A stretch of DNA of 64,000 nucleotides from Octopus vulgaris (GCA_951406725.2 OX597837.1:3658001-3722000); one strand, 5' to 3'. Counted from the stretch's first letter, positions 28,632 through 42,557 are shown. Notes: a model not told the origin generated them from the letters alone. Translations and numbers: made by a program.

Positions 28632-28892
28632 GTGTATAGTATATATATGTATATATATATATAGATAGCTAGATAGATAGATATATACATATATACATGA
28701 ATATAATATGTGTGTGGGTGTCTATGAGTGTATAAACACGTGTGCATACATATACCTATATATATAATCATATATATATTCTTATGTGTAATTAAAGGCA
28801 CATATTTCTAGACATGTATATACATATATGCATGTATATCCATATGTATATACATATATATATATACATGCATATATATATGTGTGTATATG

Positions 28893-28937
<45 letters not shown>

Positions 28938-29028
28938 TCCCTACCGGTCATACAAAAAGGGACCGCGTGTGTACCGTTGGCGATTTTTTTCCTCCGTCTA
29001 CCCTTCTTTGGATCTATCCATTTCCTAT

Positions 29029-29063
29029 GTTTCTGACGAAGAGCTCCGCTCGAAACGTTAAAC
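29029..29063 (+). ncRNA. Minimal type-I hammerhead ribozyme within TA-flanked element 28938-29168
   Basis: GTTT-CTGACGA-a-GAGC-tcc-GCTC-GAAAC-GTT-AAAC; helix III is the AACGTT palindrome. Confidence 0.8.
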
Positions 29064-29162
29064 TCTTCTTCTTTCCTTCTTTCCTGAGCATCCAATAACA
29101 CTATACTTGTTCCACGTCCTCGCGTTGTTGTGTTTTCTCTTTGTGTTTTCATGTTTGGATTA

Positions 29163-29228
<66 letters not shown>

Positions 29229-29243
29229 CATACATACTGACAG

Positions 29244-29305
<62 letters not shown>

Positions 29306-29824
29306 ACAAATGTACTCGAAAGACACATTTAGTTTTTTTTTTCCGACTGTTTCTGGTAACGAGACAATGATTACGAAGAGAATTATTCTCAGCGGGTATT
29401 AATGAAGCTTTATACAGTTTAATACAAATGATTAATGTTTAATTTAAATTCATCTGAGATAAAGTTAAAAATATAAAAGACGCATGGAATGACATTCCGC
29501 ATCTTCAAAATTGTCTTTTAGTAATAATTTTTATTGTAAAAGACACTAAAAATATGATGTAGTCAATTCAAATGATCTCTCAAAATTGCAACGTATATAA
29601 ATTTTTAATTAGAAATCTTTCATACCCGTATGCCACTTACAACTGGTATTTGAAAATGTTACCTTTAAGAAATATTTCTAAAGCCATTCATAAATCAGTT
29701 CCTGATTTTATAAGAATTATATTGTATCTTTTATCTCTTACTTGTTTCAATCATTGACTGCGCCTCCTCTGGGGCACCGCTTTGGAGACTAATTTGTAGT
29801 CGAAAAAATCGCGTGTGCATATGG

Positions 29825-29894
<70 letters not shown>

Positions 29895-29897
29895 ATC

Positions 29898-29955
<58 letters not shown>

Positions 29956-30077
29956 GAGTAGATACTGTAGATTTAGGGTGAATACTTGATAAGTGTAAGC
30001 ACCTGTATATGCCAGATAGTGGCAGAGGTGAGAGAGAATATATCAAATAAAATTAAAAGCAGAACACAAAGGATATC

Positions 30078-30168
30078 GTGGTACACGTGTTTCAAGCTTT
30101 ATAAACAATCCATTATTACATCAGTGTATTATTGATATAAAAGAAGGTTTAAAGCTCTCTTCTGCCGC
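30078..30168 (-). ncRNA. Hammerhead, decayed paralog of 4470-4562 (CAGAAGA core)
   Basis: Minus strand: GCGG-CAGAAGA-gAGCTTT..AAAGCTt-GAAAC-ACGT-GTA-CCAC. Flank 29970-30030 matches 4615-4677. Confidence 0.6.
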
Positions 30169-30198
30169 AAACATTGTTAGTCTAAAGAATTACATCAC

Positions 30199-30254
<56 letters not shown>

Positions 30255-31007
30255 GTGGTAAGAAGCTTGTTTCACAATTACACAGTTCCGGGTATAGTTC
30301 CACTAAATGGCGCCTTGAACAGGTGTAATCTATTTTAGCTACGTGCAACCGAAGCCTTGTGCGTGGATTTGATAGGCGGAAACTGAAAGTACAGTTCTTT
30401 ACCATCAAAGTTAACCTAGAGTGCAGATGGGGGTAGTAAGGATTGCGAAACAACAGATTCAACTGCAACAAAATATAAACAACCTGGGTAGCCTTTACGT
30501 GGATATATGACCTGCTAGAAATAACGATCAAACATCACGAGAAAGTACAAAAAAAAAAAAGAGAAATAGGCAATAAAACAAGACGGTGACAGCGGCAAAT
30601 GTTGCTAAGCTCTGTAAACTACTCCCCTTATTCAAAGAGGCCGAGTATAATTGAACTATGCCACAAAAGATTTACTAAGATTGCTCTGTACAGAAACCGA
30701 GCTCGTGTTTATATTTATTTGACAACCCAACATTTAGAGGAGAAATACATTTTCATTTAGCCGTTTTATTTATGTTATACTTATAGCGATCAATCATTAT
30801 TTTTATGGTGTTATAGCATTTATAAATACTAATCTATATATATTCCATATTGTCATTTATAATTTTGGAAGTCATTTATCACGATTACCGACTGTTCTAC
30901 GTACTGCAGGGAATGGTGATTTTTGTGATCCGATTTCTCTTTATTAAACTAATTACCCAAGAAAAGCAGAATAAACACAACGAGATATATCATTAGACGC
31001 ACACACA

Positions 31008-31054
31008 TACTACTACTACTACCACCACCACCACCACCACCACCACCACCACCT

Positions 31055-31103
<49 letters not shown>

Positions 31104-31126
31104 CACTACTACTACGACCACCAACG

Positions 31127-31209
<83 letters not shown>

Positions 31210-31210
31210 G
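31008..31210. repeat. Compound (ACT)n/(ACC)n microsatellite
   Basis: Direct reading. Confidence 0.95.
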
Positions 31211-31484
31211 CCGATAATAATAATAATTATAAAGACAACAATACAGTAAAGGTTCATGTTCTAATTTAAACGTTTTCCAATTCTGTACATCTGTAATATG
31301 TCAATTTAAGAGGGAAAAAAACTCAACCAAAAATACCATCTAGAAAACAAAAAAGACGATAAACTACCAAAAAATCTTTTTGACGTGAATCTAAAATAAA
31401 TCCAAATTATCATTTAATTGAAGATGATGCTTATTCCTGTCGTTGCTACCATGACTACTTTCTAAATGTATTACCTATATATAT

Positions 31485-31640
31485 GTGGCTGTGTGGCAAG
31501 TAGCTTGTTTACCAACCACATGGTTCCGGGTTCCGTCCCACTGCGTGGCACCTTGGGCAAGTGTCTTCTATTATAGCCTCGGGCCGACCAAAGCCTCGTG
31601 AGTGGATTTGGTAGACGGAAACTGAAAGAAGACCGTCATA

Positions 31641-31673
<33 letters not shown>

Positions 31674-31762
31674 GCGTGTGTGTGTTTACAAAAGAATAAG
31701 TCCCGGGGTCGAGGCTCCATCATAGCCGTGATCAGATGACTGAACAAGTAAAAGAGTAAAAA

Positions 31763-31763
<1 letters not shown>
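31485..31763 (+). mobile_element. SINE family A, internally deleted
   Basis: Head and tail match family A. Confidence 0.85.
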
Positions 31764-31810
<47 letters not shown>

Positions 31811-31910
31811 AATCATGGTTTTTCTTGTGCTTGTGAATATATAGACGTATGTATGAACTTTTACGGTACGCATGTGTGTGTGTATGAGTTTGTATATATA
31901 TGCGTATATA

Positions 31911-32281
31911 TTTGGCGAAAAATGCGAGTGAAGATGTGTACGTTTTCATAGTGACGTATAAGTACGCACGTGGATCCGCGAGCGCACATGTAAGCGTATG
32001 ACTAGCCATGTTTTACGTGTTTACTATGAAATTTTAATCTTGTTTTATGTAATTATAACACAGTAATTTCCCTTTATATAACGGTATTTTTTCATAGCGT
32101 TTTTTCAGATGACCAAATAACCGAAGAGATGGTGTTGTGGATTTCCACTTCGGCATCTGAAACTCAGAGTTTTATCTTGACTATTGAGTAATTGTAACAT
32201 ATTATTTTATAGATAATTTCCTCTATTTATATAATATTGAGGTCTCTTTCTTTCTTTTGTTATCTTACCGTTTTTACCAAT
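31911..32281 (+). mobile_element. Hammerhead-bearing pLTR-like element (second copy at 34561-34985)
   Basis: Near-identical to 34677-34985; ends in (TA)n; hammerhead at 32115-32177 with CCGAAGA core. Confidence 0.7.
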
Positions 32282-32959
32282 ATATATATATATATATATA
32301 ATAACATAAATAATATATAAATATATGCATATATACATACATATATGTACATACCTACATCTATACAAAATACAAAGTTATATCTTGAGATCGCTAGTGA
32401 CAACAACACTCAAAATAAATAACAGACTGGAATTGTAGTGCTCAAATGAGCTGTATACACTTATTAATCGGAGGGGAGGCAATGTGAGCAGGAAGTAAAG
32501 GAACATTCCAAAATCCACAGAAAGATCAAACACATACATATATTCTCATATATTCATTTATACCTACAGACTTTATATCACCATAGGAAGGTGAAATTCC
32601 CCGTCTCGTCCCCTCAATTTGCTCCGATTGAGATATATTTCAAAATTACAATAACTGAAGCTGTGTAGCTTAACGTTATTAAAGATGTAACCGTTTTAAT
32701 GATTCTCTTTATTTTCTTCAATGCTTTTTAAAAGAAAAAAAAACAAAAACTGTGCAGCTCTTCTCTGTCAAATGCTTTCCTCTTGAAAGTCGATTTAAGA
32801 TATCAATTATGAGTATTAAAATCGATTTTATTCGCATTTGTTAATCTGTTTCAATGTTGATATTATGAAATGAATTCAAATACTACACACACAAAACAAA
32901 TATCTTTAACCTGGTTGGCTCGTTTTAAGTGGGTCGACTTCAATATCAAAAATGTGAAA

Positions 32960-33063
<104 letters not shown>

Positions 33064-33074
33064 GTATGTATATA

Positions 33075-33419
33075 TTCTTTTATTCTTTTACATGTTTCAG
33101 TCATCAGACTGCGGCCACGCTGGAGCACCGCATTTAGTCGAACAAATCGACTCCAGGACTTATTCTTTGTAAGCCAAGTACTTATTCTATCAGTCTCTTT
33201 TGTCGCACCGCTAAGTTACGTTTGTGAAGCGATGGTGGGGGAACAGACACAGACAGACAAATATATGCATATATATATACACGGCGGACATCTTTCAGTT
33301 TCCGTCTGCCAAATCTGATGCTACAGCAAAAGACACTTACTCAAGGTGCCACGCAGTGGGACTGAACCCAGAACTATGTGTTTGGGAACCAAGCTTGTTA
33401 CCACACGGCTACGCCTCCA
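33075..33419 (-). mobile_element. SINE family A, diverged
   Basis: Matches family A with deletions. Confidence 0.8.
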
Positions 33420-33505
33420 CCTTCGACTTAGATGCAAACCGAGTGAAGTCTATTTGCTGTATGAATGTTTGATGTCAAGTTACAATAAAAGTTTATATAT
33501 ATAAC

Positions 33506-33716
33506 GGCGGCGAGCTGGCAGAATGGTTAGCACGTCGGATGAAATACTTAGCGGTATTTCATCTGTCTTCATGTTCTGGGTTCAAATTCCGCCGAGGGCA
33601 ACTTGGCCTTTCATCTTTTCGGGGTCGATAAATTAAGTACCAGTGAAACACTAGCGTCGATGTAATTGACTAATCTCCTACCTACAAATTGCAGACCTTG
33701 TGCCTATAGTAGAAAA
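33506..33716 (+). mobile_element. tRNA-derived SINE family C
   Basis: GGCGGCGAGCTGGCAGAATGGTTAGC..GGGTTCAAATTCC (A/B boxes)..GGGGTCGATAAATTAAGTACCAG. Confidence 0.85.
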
Positions 33717-33814
33717 GTTATATAATATACAATATATGTATAATATATATATATGTATGTATATATGCATATGTGGAGGCGTGTAGCTTAGTGGTTAGGG
33801 TGTCAGAACCATGC

Positions 33815-33935
33815 GTTCTGGTGGCGATGAAGTTGTTGAAGGTGTGTTTGGCATCGTCTTGGTTTTTGTAAGCATTTCTCACGCAGGAAGTTGTCAAGAT
33901 GCTTGAAAAAGTGGTTGTTAGTAGGCGAGAATATA
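33815..33935 (-). mobile_element. Mariner transposase C-terminal fragment
   Basis: Minus strand gives HFFKHLDNFLREKC and, after a frameshift, KNQDDAKHTFNNFIA. Confidence 0.65.
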
Positions 33936-34114
33936 AATGTCCTGAAAATTCCACACACCCTTGGGTTTGTTGTCTCATTTTATTTGACATATATATGCTC
34001 AAACAAGACCCGCATTAGACTCCTCACTCGTATCATTTTCGAACCGAGAGTTTAACTACGGACCTTCCATAGAAATTACATAGCGTTACCTGCCATCTTG
34101 GATCTTCAGGATAT

Positions 34115-34185
<71 letters not shown>

Positions 34186-34202
34186 TCTCAATATATATAT
34201 AT

Positions 34203-34288
34203 ATTTCTCAATTCATTGTAATGTATCATCTAGATGTGTTGCGTGCACGCAACACATCTAGATGATACATTACAATGAATTGAGAAAT
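34203..34288. repeat. Perfect 86-bp palindrome with no spacer
   Basis: Centre GCGTG|CACGC with 43-bp arms. Confidence 0.95.
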
Positions 34289-34482
34289 TTGAAAACTTAT
34301 ACACGAAACCGGTAATTTCTTCAAAAACTATTTCACTGTATGAAAAAAATTTATAACATTCTTCTGACATAATGACTCAAATATATATTTTTTAACCTTT
34401 TAAAACAAGCCTTCTGTAGTTTTTTCACTTTTTACTATTTTCTATATATCCAACCACGTGCTTTCACACACCAACTTTCTCA

Positions 34483-34551
<69 letters not shown>

Positions 34552-34560
34552 ATATATATA

Positions 34561-34985
34561 TTGGTAAAAACGGTAAGATAACAAAAGAAAGAAAGAGACC
34601 TCAATATTATGTAAATAGATGAAATTCTTTAAAATAATATGTTACAATTATACAATAGTCAAGATAAAACTCTGAAAAATTTGGCGAAAAATGCGAGTGA
34701 AGATGTGTACGTTTTCATAGTGACATATAAGTACGTACGTGGGTCCGCGAGCGCAAAAGTGAGCGTATGAGTAGCCATGTTTATGTGTTTACTATGAACT
34801 TTTAATCTTAATTTATATAAGTAGCGGAATTATAACACAGTAATTTCCCTTTATATAACGGTATTTTTTCATAGCGTTTTTCTGATGGCCAGATAACCGA
34901 AGAGATGGTGTTGTGGATTTCCACTTCGGCATCCGAAACTCAGAGTTTTATCTTGACTATTGTATAATTGTAACATATTATTTCA
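34561..34985 (+). mobile_element. Hammerhead-bearing element with an inverted 3'-end copy at its 5' side
   Basis: 34561-34675 is the reverse complement of the family 3' end (cf. 32164-32281). The sense copy 34677-34985 is cut by a SINE. Confidence 0.75.
34891..34953 (+). ncRNA. Type-I hammerhead, U4C variant core
   Basis: AGATAA-CCGAAGA-GATG..CATC-c-GAAAC-TCAGA-GTT-TTATCT with a 6-bp stem I. Confidence 0.65.
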
Positions 34986-34989
34986 TATA

Positions 34990-35407
34990 TAGGCGCAGTA
35001 GTGGCTGTGTGGTAAGTAGCTTGCTAACCAACCACATGGTTCCGGGTTCAGTCCCACTGCGTGGCACCTTGGGCAAGTGTCTTCTGCTATAGCCTCAGGC
35101 CGACCAACGCCTTGTGATTGGATTTGGTAGACGGAAACTGAAAGAAGCCTGTCGTATATATGTATATATATATGTATGTGTGTGTGTGTGTTTGTGTGTC
35201 TGTGTTTGTCCCCCTAGCATTGCTTGACAATCGATGCTGGTGTGTTTACTTCCCCGTGACTTAGCGGTTCGGCAAAAGAGACCGATAGAATAAGTACTGG
35301 GCTTACAAAGAATAAGTCCCGGGGTCGATTTGCTCGACTAAAGGTGGTGCTCCAGCATGGCCGGAGTCAAATGACTGAAACAAGTAAAAGAATAAAAGAG
35401 TAAGAGT
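34990..35407 (+). mobile_element. SINE family A, full length
   Basis: Head-to-tail match. Confidence 0.9.
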
Positions 35408-35520
35408 ATATATATATATATATATATAGGGAGAGTTTACGAGAAAAAAACAAAAGACGAAGACAGGTGGTGTACAAAACAAACAGATGTATTAGTATAA
35501 CGCTCAGGAATAGAAAAAGT

Positions 35521-35556
35521 CTTTTACGTTTCGAGCCTACGCTCTTCTACAGAAAG
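35521..35556 (-). ncRNA. Minimal hammerhead, CUGUAGA variant, in element 35428-35580
   Basis: Minus strand: CTTT-CTGTAGA-a-GAGC-gtag-GCTC-GAAAC-GTA-AAAG. Confidence 0.6.
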
Positions 35557-36226
35557 GGACACAGAAAATCAAGGAGAGAATTTATTTATACTTCCATTTC
35601 GCCTTTTAAGACTTCATCATGGCGTCAAGGCAGTAAGAAGTAATAGAACGCGTGGTCCTGTATTCTTGTTTTGGGGGTAAACGGGAGGATGAGATAACAT
35701 GGCTGTGTGTTCATTTGGTATATAGGTTAGCAAAACATTCTATTAGTTGTTTGATTGTTTGTGGGAAGTAGAACAGGGCTGAGTTAGTGGAACTAATCAG
35801 TTAAGATTTTATGTGAATACTGTAAAATATTTTCTTAGTAGAGACCATAAAAAAAAAAAAGAAATCTTCTATAACTTTCCGCAAATATTTATCACATCAA
35901 TATCAAAAATGCTTGAAAACGATGCTACAATTAAATATATTTCTATATTGCTTTGCATATGAACTTGTGTGTACCATCTGAGCTTTGAATAAATATTGTT
36001 AGTACATTTTCTAAAATGAAATTTTCAAAAATATGTTTACTTCACCTGTAATTAAAACAAAATCTAATAAATTTGGTATCCAACACCCCTCCCCTACAGG
36101 CAAACACACACACGCAGAGGCATAGATACGCATCCTTGCGCATATATGTATATATGCATGTATATATACATATATCTATGTATAATTACATTTACCCAAA
36201 TAAAAGTGCATTTTCATCTCAAATTT

Positions 36227-36264
<38 letters not shown>

Positions 36265-36517
36265 GTATGTATGTATATATATATATAACACATGAACACA
36301 CACACGAGTACACACATCTGTATTTATATATATGTATATTTATGTGTCTATATATACACATGCATATATGCATGCATGCGTCTAGTTATATATGCGCAAG
36401 CGTGAGTATGTGCATGTGAACCAACATTAAAATATCTTGTGTTAATTTATCAAATTTACCTTGTTTTTTCTTTTGAAATAAATATTTATTTTACGATATA
36501 ATATTTCAACAAACTGT

Positions 36518-36728
36518 CTTTTACTCTCCACTCTTTTACTTGTTTCAGTCATTTGACTGCGGCCATGCCGGAGCAGCGCCTTTAATCGAGCAACTCGACC
36601 CCGGGACTTATTCTTTTGTAAGCCCAATACTTATTCTATCGGTCTCTTTTGCCGAACCGCTAAGTAACGGGGACAGAAACACACCAGCATCGGTTGTGAA
36701 GCAATGCTAGGGGGACAAACACACACAC

Positions 36729-36778
<50 letters not shown>

Positions 36779-36945
36779 GTACGACAGGCTTCTTTCAGTT
36801 TCCGTCTACCAAATCCACTCACAAGGCTTTGGTCGGCCCGAGGCTATGGTAGAAGACACTTGCCCAAGGTGCCACGCAGTGGGACTGAACCCGGAACCAT
36901 GTGGTTGGTAAGCAAGCTACTTACCACACAGCCACTCCTGCGTCT
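36518..36945 (-). mobile_element. SINE family A, full length
   Basis: Head-to-tail match. Confidence 0.9.
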
Positions 36946-37151
36946 ATTAATACCTATTAAAATGCTATATTTTCAACAACATACGCTGAAAAACTGATGA
37001 AAGATTTCTAACCAATTCAGGAAGCGATATAATCTGCTGGCCCTCATTGAAAATGCACTAAAGATACACTGAAAAAAGTATATTTATTCAGAACTGAAGC
37101 TGTTCTACACATATGAAGTAAAATTTAGGAATGTTCACACACACACACACA

Positions 37152-37212
<61 letters not shown>

Positions 37213-37521
37213 GCGCGATATCAGTTTGTGCGTGTTAGTGCATGTATGTGCAATAATTCATATATAAATTCACCTTTGCATATTCCCTGTATGCTTTAGA
37301 GTTTATGAAACATACCGTTATTTGTGCATGTGAGTGGTGAAAAAAGTATTCCCCAAATTATACAGATTGATATCTCCCTACTGTTCACAAAGCTAAGCAC
37401 TCGAATTCGTTTGAAAAGCATATATAAAATATATAATAAAGTACTTATATAAATATGTTTCTAAATGCTTTATATATTGTCTCTCTCTTTCTCTCTGTCT
37501 CTCTTTCTCTCTGTCTATCTG

Positions 37522-37659
<138 letters not shown>

Positions 37660-37662
37660 CAC

Positions 37663-37774
<112 letters not shown>

Positions 37775-37860
37775 CTTTACATATATATTATGTAAAAAAA
37801 AATTTAATCTTCGGATCTTTTAAAATATGCTAGGCCACTGGTATTTATTGATTAATATCA

Positions 37861-37956
<96 letters not shown>

Positions 37957-37968
37957 GTATGTATATAT

Positions 37969-38218
37969 ACTGGTGTGTGCAAAAGCAGGTGGTACACAGT
38001 TACGAAAAATGAAAACATGTGCAATGCTCATTTATTTTTTATCAAGAATATTAAAAAGTTACGTTAAACGTGTTATTTCAGTTATGATAGATTTTTTTGG
38101 TGATAATTACATTGAAAATATCAAAATTTAGCCAAACAATAAATTTTATGACAAAAAATGAGTATTGTACATGTTTTCTTTTTTCATAACTGTGTACCTA
38201 CTTTTGCGCCCATTGTGT
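37969..38218. mobile_element. Tc1-derived MITE-like inverted-repeat element
   Basis: 'gcaaaag..ggtacacagttacgaaaaa.gaaaacatgtgcaatgctcattt' is inverted versus 'aaatgagtattgtacatgttttc.ttttcataactgtgtacc..cttttgc'. Confidence 0.55.
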
Positions 38219-38256
38219 TTTTCTTTCTATCTATCTATCTATCTATCTATCTATCC

Positions 38257-38361
<105 letters not shown>

Positions 38362-38389
38362 CCTACCTACCTACCTACCTACCTACATA

Positions 38390-38469
<80 letters not shown>

Positions 38470-39161
38470 AGCTGAATCTATCGTCAATATTGTCACGCCT
38501 CCTTCCTTCAAACGGGAAGGAAGAGCTATTTTCACCATCCTTCTGGCTATGGCGAAATAATGTATCTGGTGGATGCGTCTTAAAGGATTGTAGACAAACA
38601 ATTTCCTCTCTGGTCAACCTCTCATCAACTTCTTCAAGTACCACTTGAAAAAGAAAGTGAGAGTAGAGAGACAAGTTTTGTCTATCGAACGTTTTAAAAA
38701 AAGATGGGTGAATGTAGCAAGGATGGCACGTATGAATGACGAAGCCACCTTGAGCATAATCCGATGAACCCAGAAATTGAAAACAGAGGGTTACCCACTT
38801 GCAAACAAATGTGGTAACATATAACAATATTGACCAAGGTTACCGGGGTCTTTTTCGTAGGCTTTTCTTCCCACGGATAAACCTTACTTGTTTTCCCTTT
38901 TACACCATACATCATGACACTGTGATACACGATTCCTATTGATCGTTTTTTTTCCTCTCCCCCTTTTTTCCTCTCTTTTCTTCTTTTTTCATTTTTCTTT
39001 TCTTTTTTCCCTTTTTTCTTTTTTTCTTTTCCTTTTTTTCCCTTTTACGATCCCTTTTGATCGAAAAACTATTTTTTTTTCTCCCCCAAAAGAAAAGCTC
39101 TACATTGTAACTTGTCCCATCTGTGTGGCCAATAAAGCCCTGTGTGGCCAATAAAGAAACT
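38470..39161 (+). mobile_element. Tx1/L1-like LINE 3' end in (TATC)n, third copy
   Basis: Matches 22924-23631, with an in-frame stop (GAA>TAA); both flanks are (TATC)n. Confidence 0.7.
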
Positions 39162-39170
39162 TATCTATCA

Positions 39171-39266
<96 letters not shown>

Positions 39267-39436
39267 CTTTATCAGTCTGTCTAAATATATGTAATTGTGA
39301 GTGAATTACCATGAAATTGCACCTTGAAAGTTAATTTCCGAGGCACAAGTCTGGTACGATTGTAAGTATGTATGTATGTATGTATGTATGTATGTATGTA
39401 TGTATGTATGTATGTGTGTATATATAAGTATGCATA

Positions 39437-39870
39437 CCGGGGTTGGACAAAATAATAGGAACACCTTAAAATTTCAAATAAATCTATTTCAGTATGGGTT
39501 AGGACCACCTTTGGCAATAATTACAGCTTGAATTCTACAGTCTCCAGCTCTTGTAGTGATGATGGTGGAGGATATCAACTCCTTACTTGTTTTTTCTAAA
39601 ATGCACCATAAATGTTCAATAATATTGAGATCTGGGGACTGTGGTGGCCAGATAAGATGTTCAACTTCACTAGAATGTTCCTCGTGCCATTCAGTAACAA
39701 CTTTAGCTGTGTGAATTGGTGCACTATCATCCCGAAATATTGTGTTTCCCTCCGGAAACAGTTCCGCAACCATCGGATGAATTTGATCTGATAGAATGCT
39801 TAAATAGTCTTGACTATTAATTCTGCCATGAAGGAAAACCATTGTGCCGGCGGATTTTCAAAATATAGTC
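39437..39870 (-). mobile_element. Tc1 transposon 3' fragment
   Basis: 'IFRDDSAPIHTAK..WPPQSPDLNIIEHLW' is a DD34E-type motif; terminus TA|CCGGGGTTGGACAAAATAAT. Confidence 0.9.
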
Positions 39871-39955
39871 CTCACCAGCTTATCTATTCACATGAACAAG
39901 CATATCCTAGAGAATATGCGCTAATCCACGTGGAAATTAGGGTCTACAATTTATA

Positions 39956-40258
39956 TCACGTGACCACGTGACCGACCAGACCATCAGATGTTACACATCG
40001 CTGGTCACAATGCGTTTGCATTGTTTTATCCTTCGAATGACGCCACCCCGCTGACTAAGCGAGCAGGCCAACAGAAGAAAGAGAGAGAGAAAGAGTAGTG
40101 AAAGAGTACAGCAGGGATCACCACCCCCCGCCGGAAACTTGTGGAGCTTTTAGGTGTTTTCGCTCAATAAACACTCACAACGCCCGGTCTGGGAATCGAA
40201 ACCGCGATCCTGCGACCGTGAGTCCGCTGCCCTAACCACTGGGCCATTGCGCCTCCAC
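39956..40258 (-). mobile_element. SINE family B
   Basis: Near-identical to 27763-28067. Confidence 0.9.
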
Positions 40259-40386
40259 AATTAATATAATACACACGATTGCCCTTCGCTATTATATACA
40301 AATAAGTATGCATGTATTTCTATAGGTAGTTGTATGCACATACACATACACATTTTTTAACATGTACATAGTTATGTATGGCTGTG

Positions 40387-40550
40387 TAGGCGCAGGTGTG
40401 GCTGTGTGGTAAGTAGCTTGTTTGCCAACCACATGGTCCCGGGTTCATTCCCACTGCGTGGCACTTTGGGCAAGTGTCTTCTACTATAGCCTCACGCCGA
40501 CCAAGGCCTTGTCAGTGGATTTGGTAGACGGAAAGTGAAAGAAATCCGTC

Positions 40551-40553
<3 letters not shown>
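40387..40553 (+). mobile_element. SINE family A, 5' half (3' half at 42575-42733)
   Basis: Breaks off at the internal (TA)n; the remainder resumes in the same orientation 2 kb downstream. Confidence 0.8.
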
Positions 40554-40586
<33 letters not shown>

Positions 40587-40618
40587 CAATAATAATTCTC
40601 TAAAAGAGATATAGACAG

Positions 40619-40981
40619 TAAAGCCATCTGAATATGGCTAGGGACAGGGCAGGGTGGTGGGGGTGTTACTGTTGCATTTAGCCCCAGGCGAACATCGACG
40701 TCACCAGAAAGGCTAGACACCGTCACGGTGTCCCTATCCTGCAAAGGGAGGTAATTCCCCGATGAAGCGGAAACCACACACGGACCATGGTTTCAAGGTG
40801 TATTTGAAACCATGGTCCGTGTGTGGTTTCCGCTTCATCGGGGAATTACCTCCCTTTGCAGGATAAGGACACCGTGACGGTGTCTAGCCTTTCTGGTGAC
40901 GTCGATGTTCGCCTGGGGCTAAATGCAACAGTAACACCCCCACCACCCTGCCCTGTCCCTAGCCATATTCAGATGGCTTTA
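40619..40981. repeat. 363-bp palindrome (178-bp arms, 7-nt spacer), TA-flanked
   Basis: The arms are reverse-complementary with about 1 mismatch, which explains the identical ORFs on both strands. Confidence 0.95.
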
Positions 40982-41223
40982 GTCCCTTATGTTATATATA
41001 TATATATATATATAAAATTAAATTTAGGGTAAAAATTGATATTTATCAATTAGAACCAGTGGTCTAGCATATTAAAAAAGAATCCGAAGATTAAAATATT
41101 TATATATACCAATTAAGGACTGCACACGAAAAGTGGACAGTCAACATGCTAGATATAGACGTCAAATCGCCATTCTCCACAAAAAGTTGGCATTTAGTCC
41201 AGCAAATTACATTTTATATGGGA

Positions 41224-41288
41224 CCATACTGATGATGCTGCACTTTTCCTTGCGGAAAATAACAGCTGAAACTAAATTTAGTACATGG
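41224..41288 (+). ncRNA. Type-I hammerhead ribozyme, array copy 1
   Basis: CCATa-CTGATGA-t-GCTG..TTTTCC/GGAAAA..CAGC-t-GAAAC-TAAATTTA-GTA-cATGG. Confidence 0.85.
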
Positions 41289-41728
41289 GTAAATATTTAG
41301 TTCGTATATTTTTCACTTGTTTATTACTTTGGTTTTGTTGAGTTTGATCTGAGAACATAAACTTTTTGTGGAGAATGGCGATTTGACGTCTATATCTAGC
41401 ATGTTGACTGTCCACTTTTCGTGTGCAGTCCTTAATTGGTATATATAAATATTTTAATCTTCGGATTCTTTTTTAATATGCTAGACCACTGGTTCTAATT
41501 GATAAATATCAATTTTTACCCTAAATTTAATTTTATAAATATTTGTTCTCTAACCGATAAATTAACTGCTGCTAACTATTAGCTGCAGGCTAGTTTTCTC
41601 GGGTCTCATCGCGCCAAAAGTGGCGGCATTTGAAATATATATTTCTAATGTAATAGGCCGGACTCCATGCACGCGATATTTTGGTGTCGTGTTGGCATTT
41701 AGTCCAGCAAATTACATTTTATATGGGA

Positions 41729-41793
41729 CCATACTGATGATGCTGCACTTTTCCTTGCGGAAAATAACAGCTGAAACTAAATTTAGTACATGG
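41729..41793 (+). ncRNA. Type-I hammerhead ribozyme, array copy 2
   Basis: Identical to copy 1, +505 bp. Confidence 0.85.
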
Positions 41794-42233
41794 GTAAATA
41801 TTTATTTCGTATATTTTTCTCTTGTTTATTACTTTGGTTTTGTTGAGTTTGATCTGAGAACATAAACTTTTTGTGGAGAATGGCGATTTGACGTCTATAT
41901 CTAGCATGTTGACTGTCCACTTTTCGTGTGCAGTCCTTAATTGGTATATATAAATATTTTAATCTTCGGATTCTTTTTTAATATGCTAGACCACTGGTTC
42001 TAATTGATAAATATCAATTTTTACCCTAAATTTAATTTTATAAATATTTGTTCTCTAACCGATAAATTAACTGCTGCTAACTATTAGCTGCAGGCTAGTT
42101 TTCTCGGGTCTCATCGCGCCAAAAGTGGCGGCATTTGAAATATATATTTCTAATGTAATAGGCCGGACTCCATGCACGCGATATTTTGGTGTCGTGTTGG
42201 CATTTAGTCCAGCAAATTACATTTTATATGGGA

Positions 42234-42298
42234 CCATACTGATGATGCTGCACTTTTCCTTGCGGAAAATAACAGCTGAAACTAAATTTAGTACATGG
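42234..42298 (+). ncRNA. Type-I hammerhead ribozyme, array copy 3
   Basis: Identical to copy 1, +1010 bp. Confidence 0.85.
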
Positions 42299-42447
42299 GT
42301 AAATATTTATTTCGTATATTTTTCTCTTGTTTATTACTTTGGTTTTGTTGAGTTTGATCTGAGAACATAAACTTTTTGTGGAGAATGGCGATTTGACGTC
42401 TATATCTAGCATGTTGACTGTCCACTTTTCGTGTGCAGTCCTTAATT

Positions 42448-42557
<110 letters not shown>

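Noticed and set aside
40484-41032. Identical ORFs on opposite strands (MVSASSGNYLP..)
   Set aside because: A consequence of the palindrome.
41620-41865. 81-aa ORF repeated at 42125-42370
   Set aside because: GTG start, no recognisable domain, and it simply follows the tandem repeat through the ribozyme.
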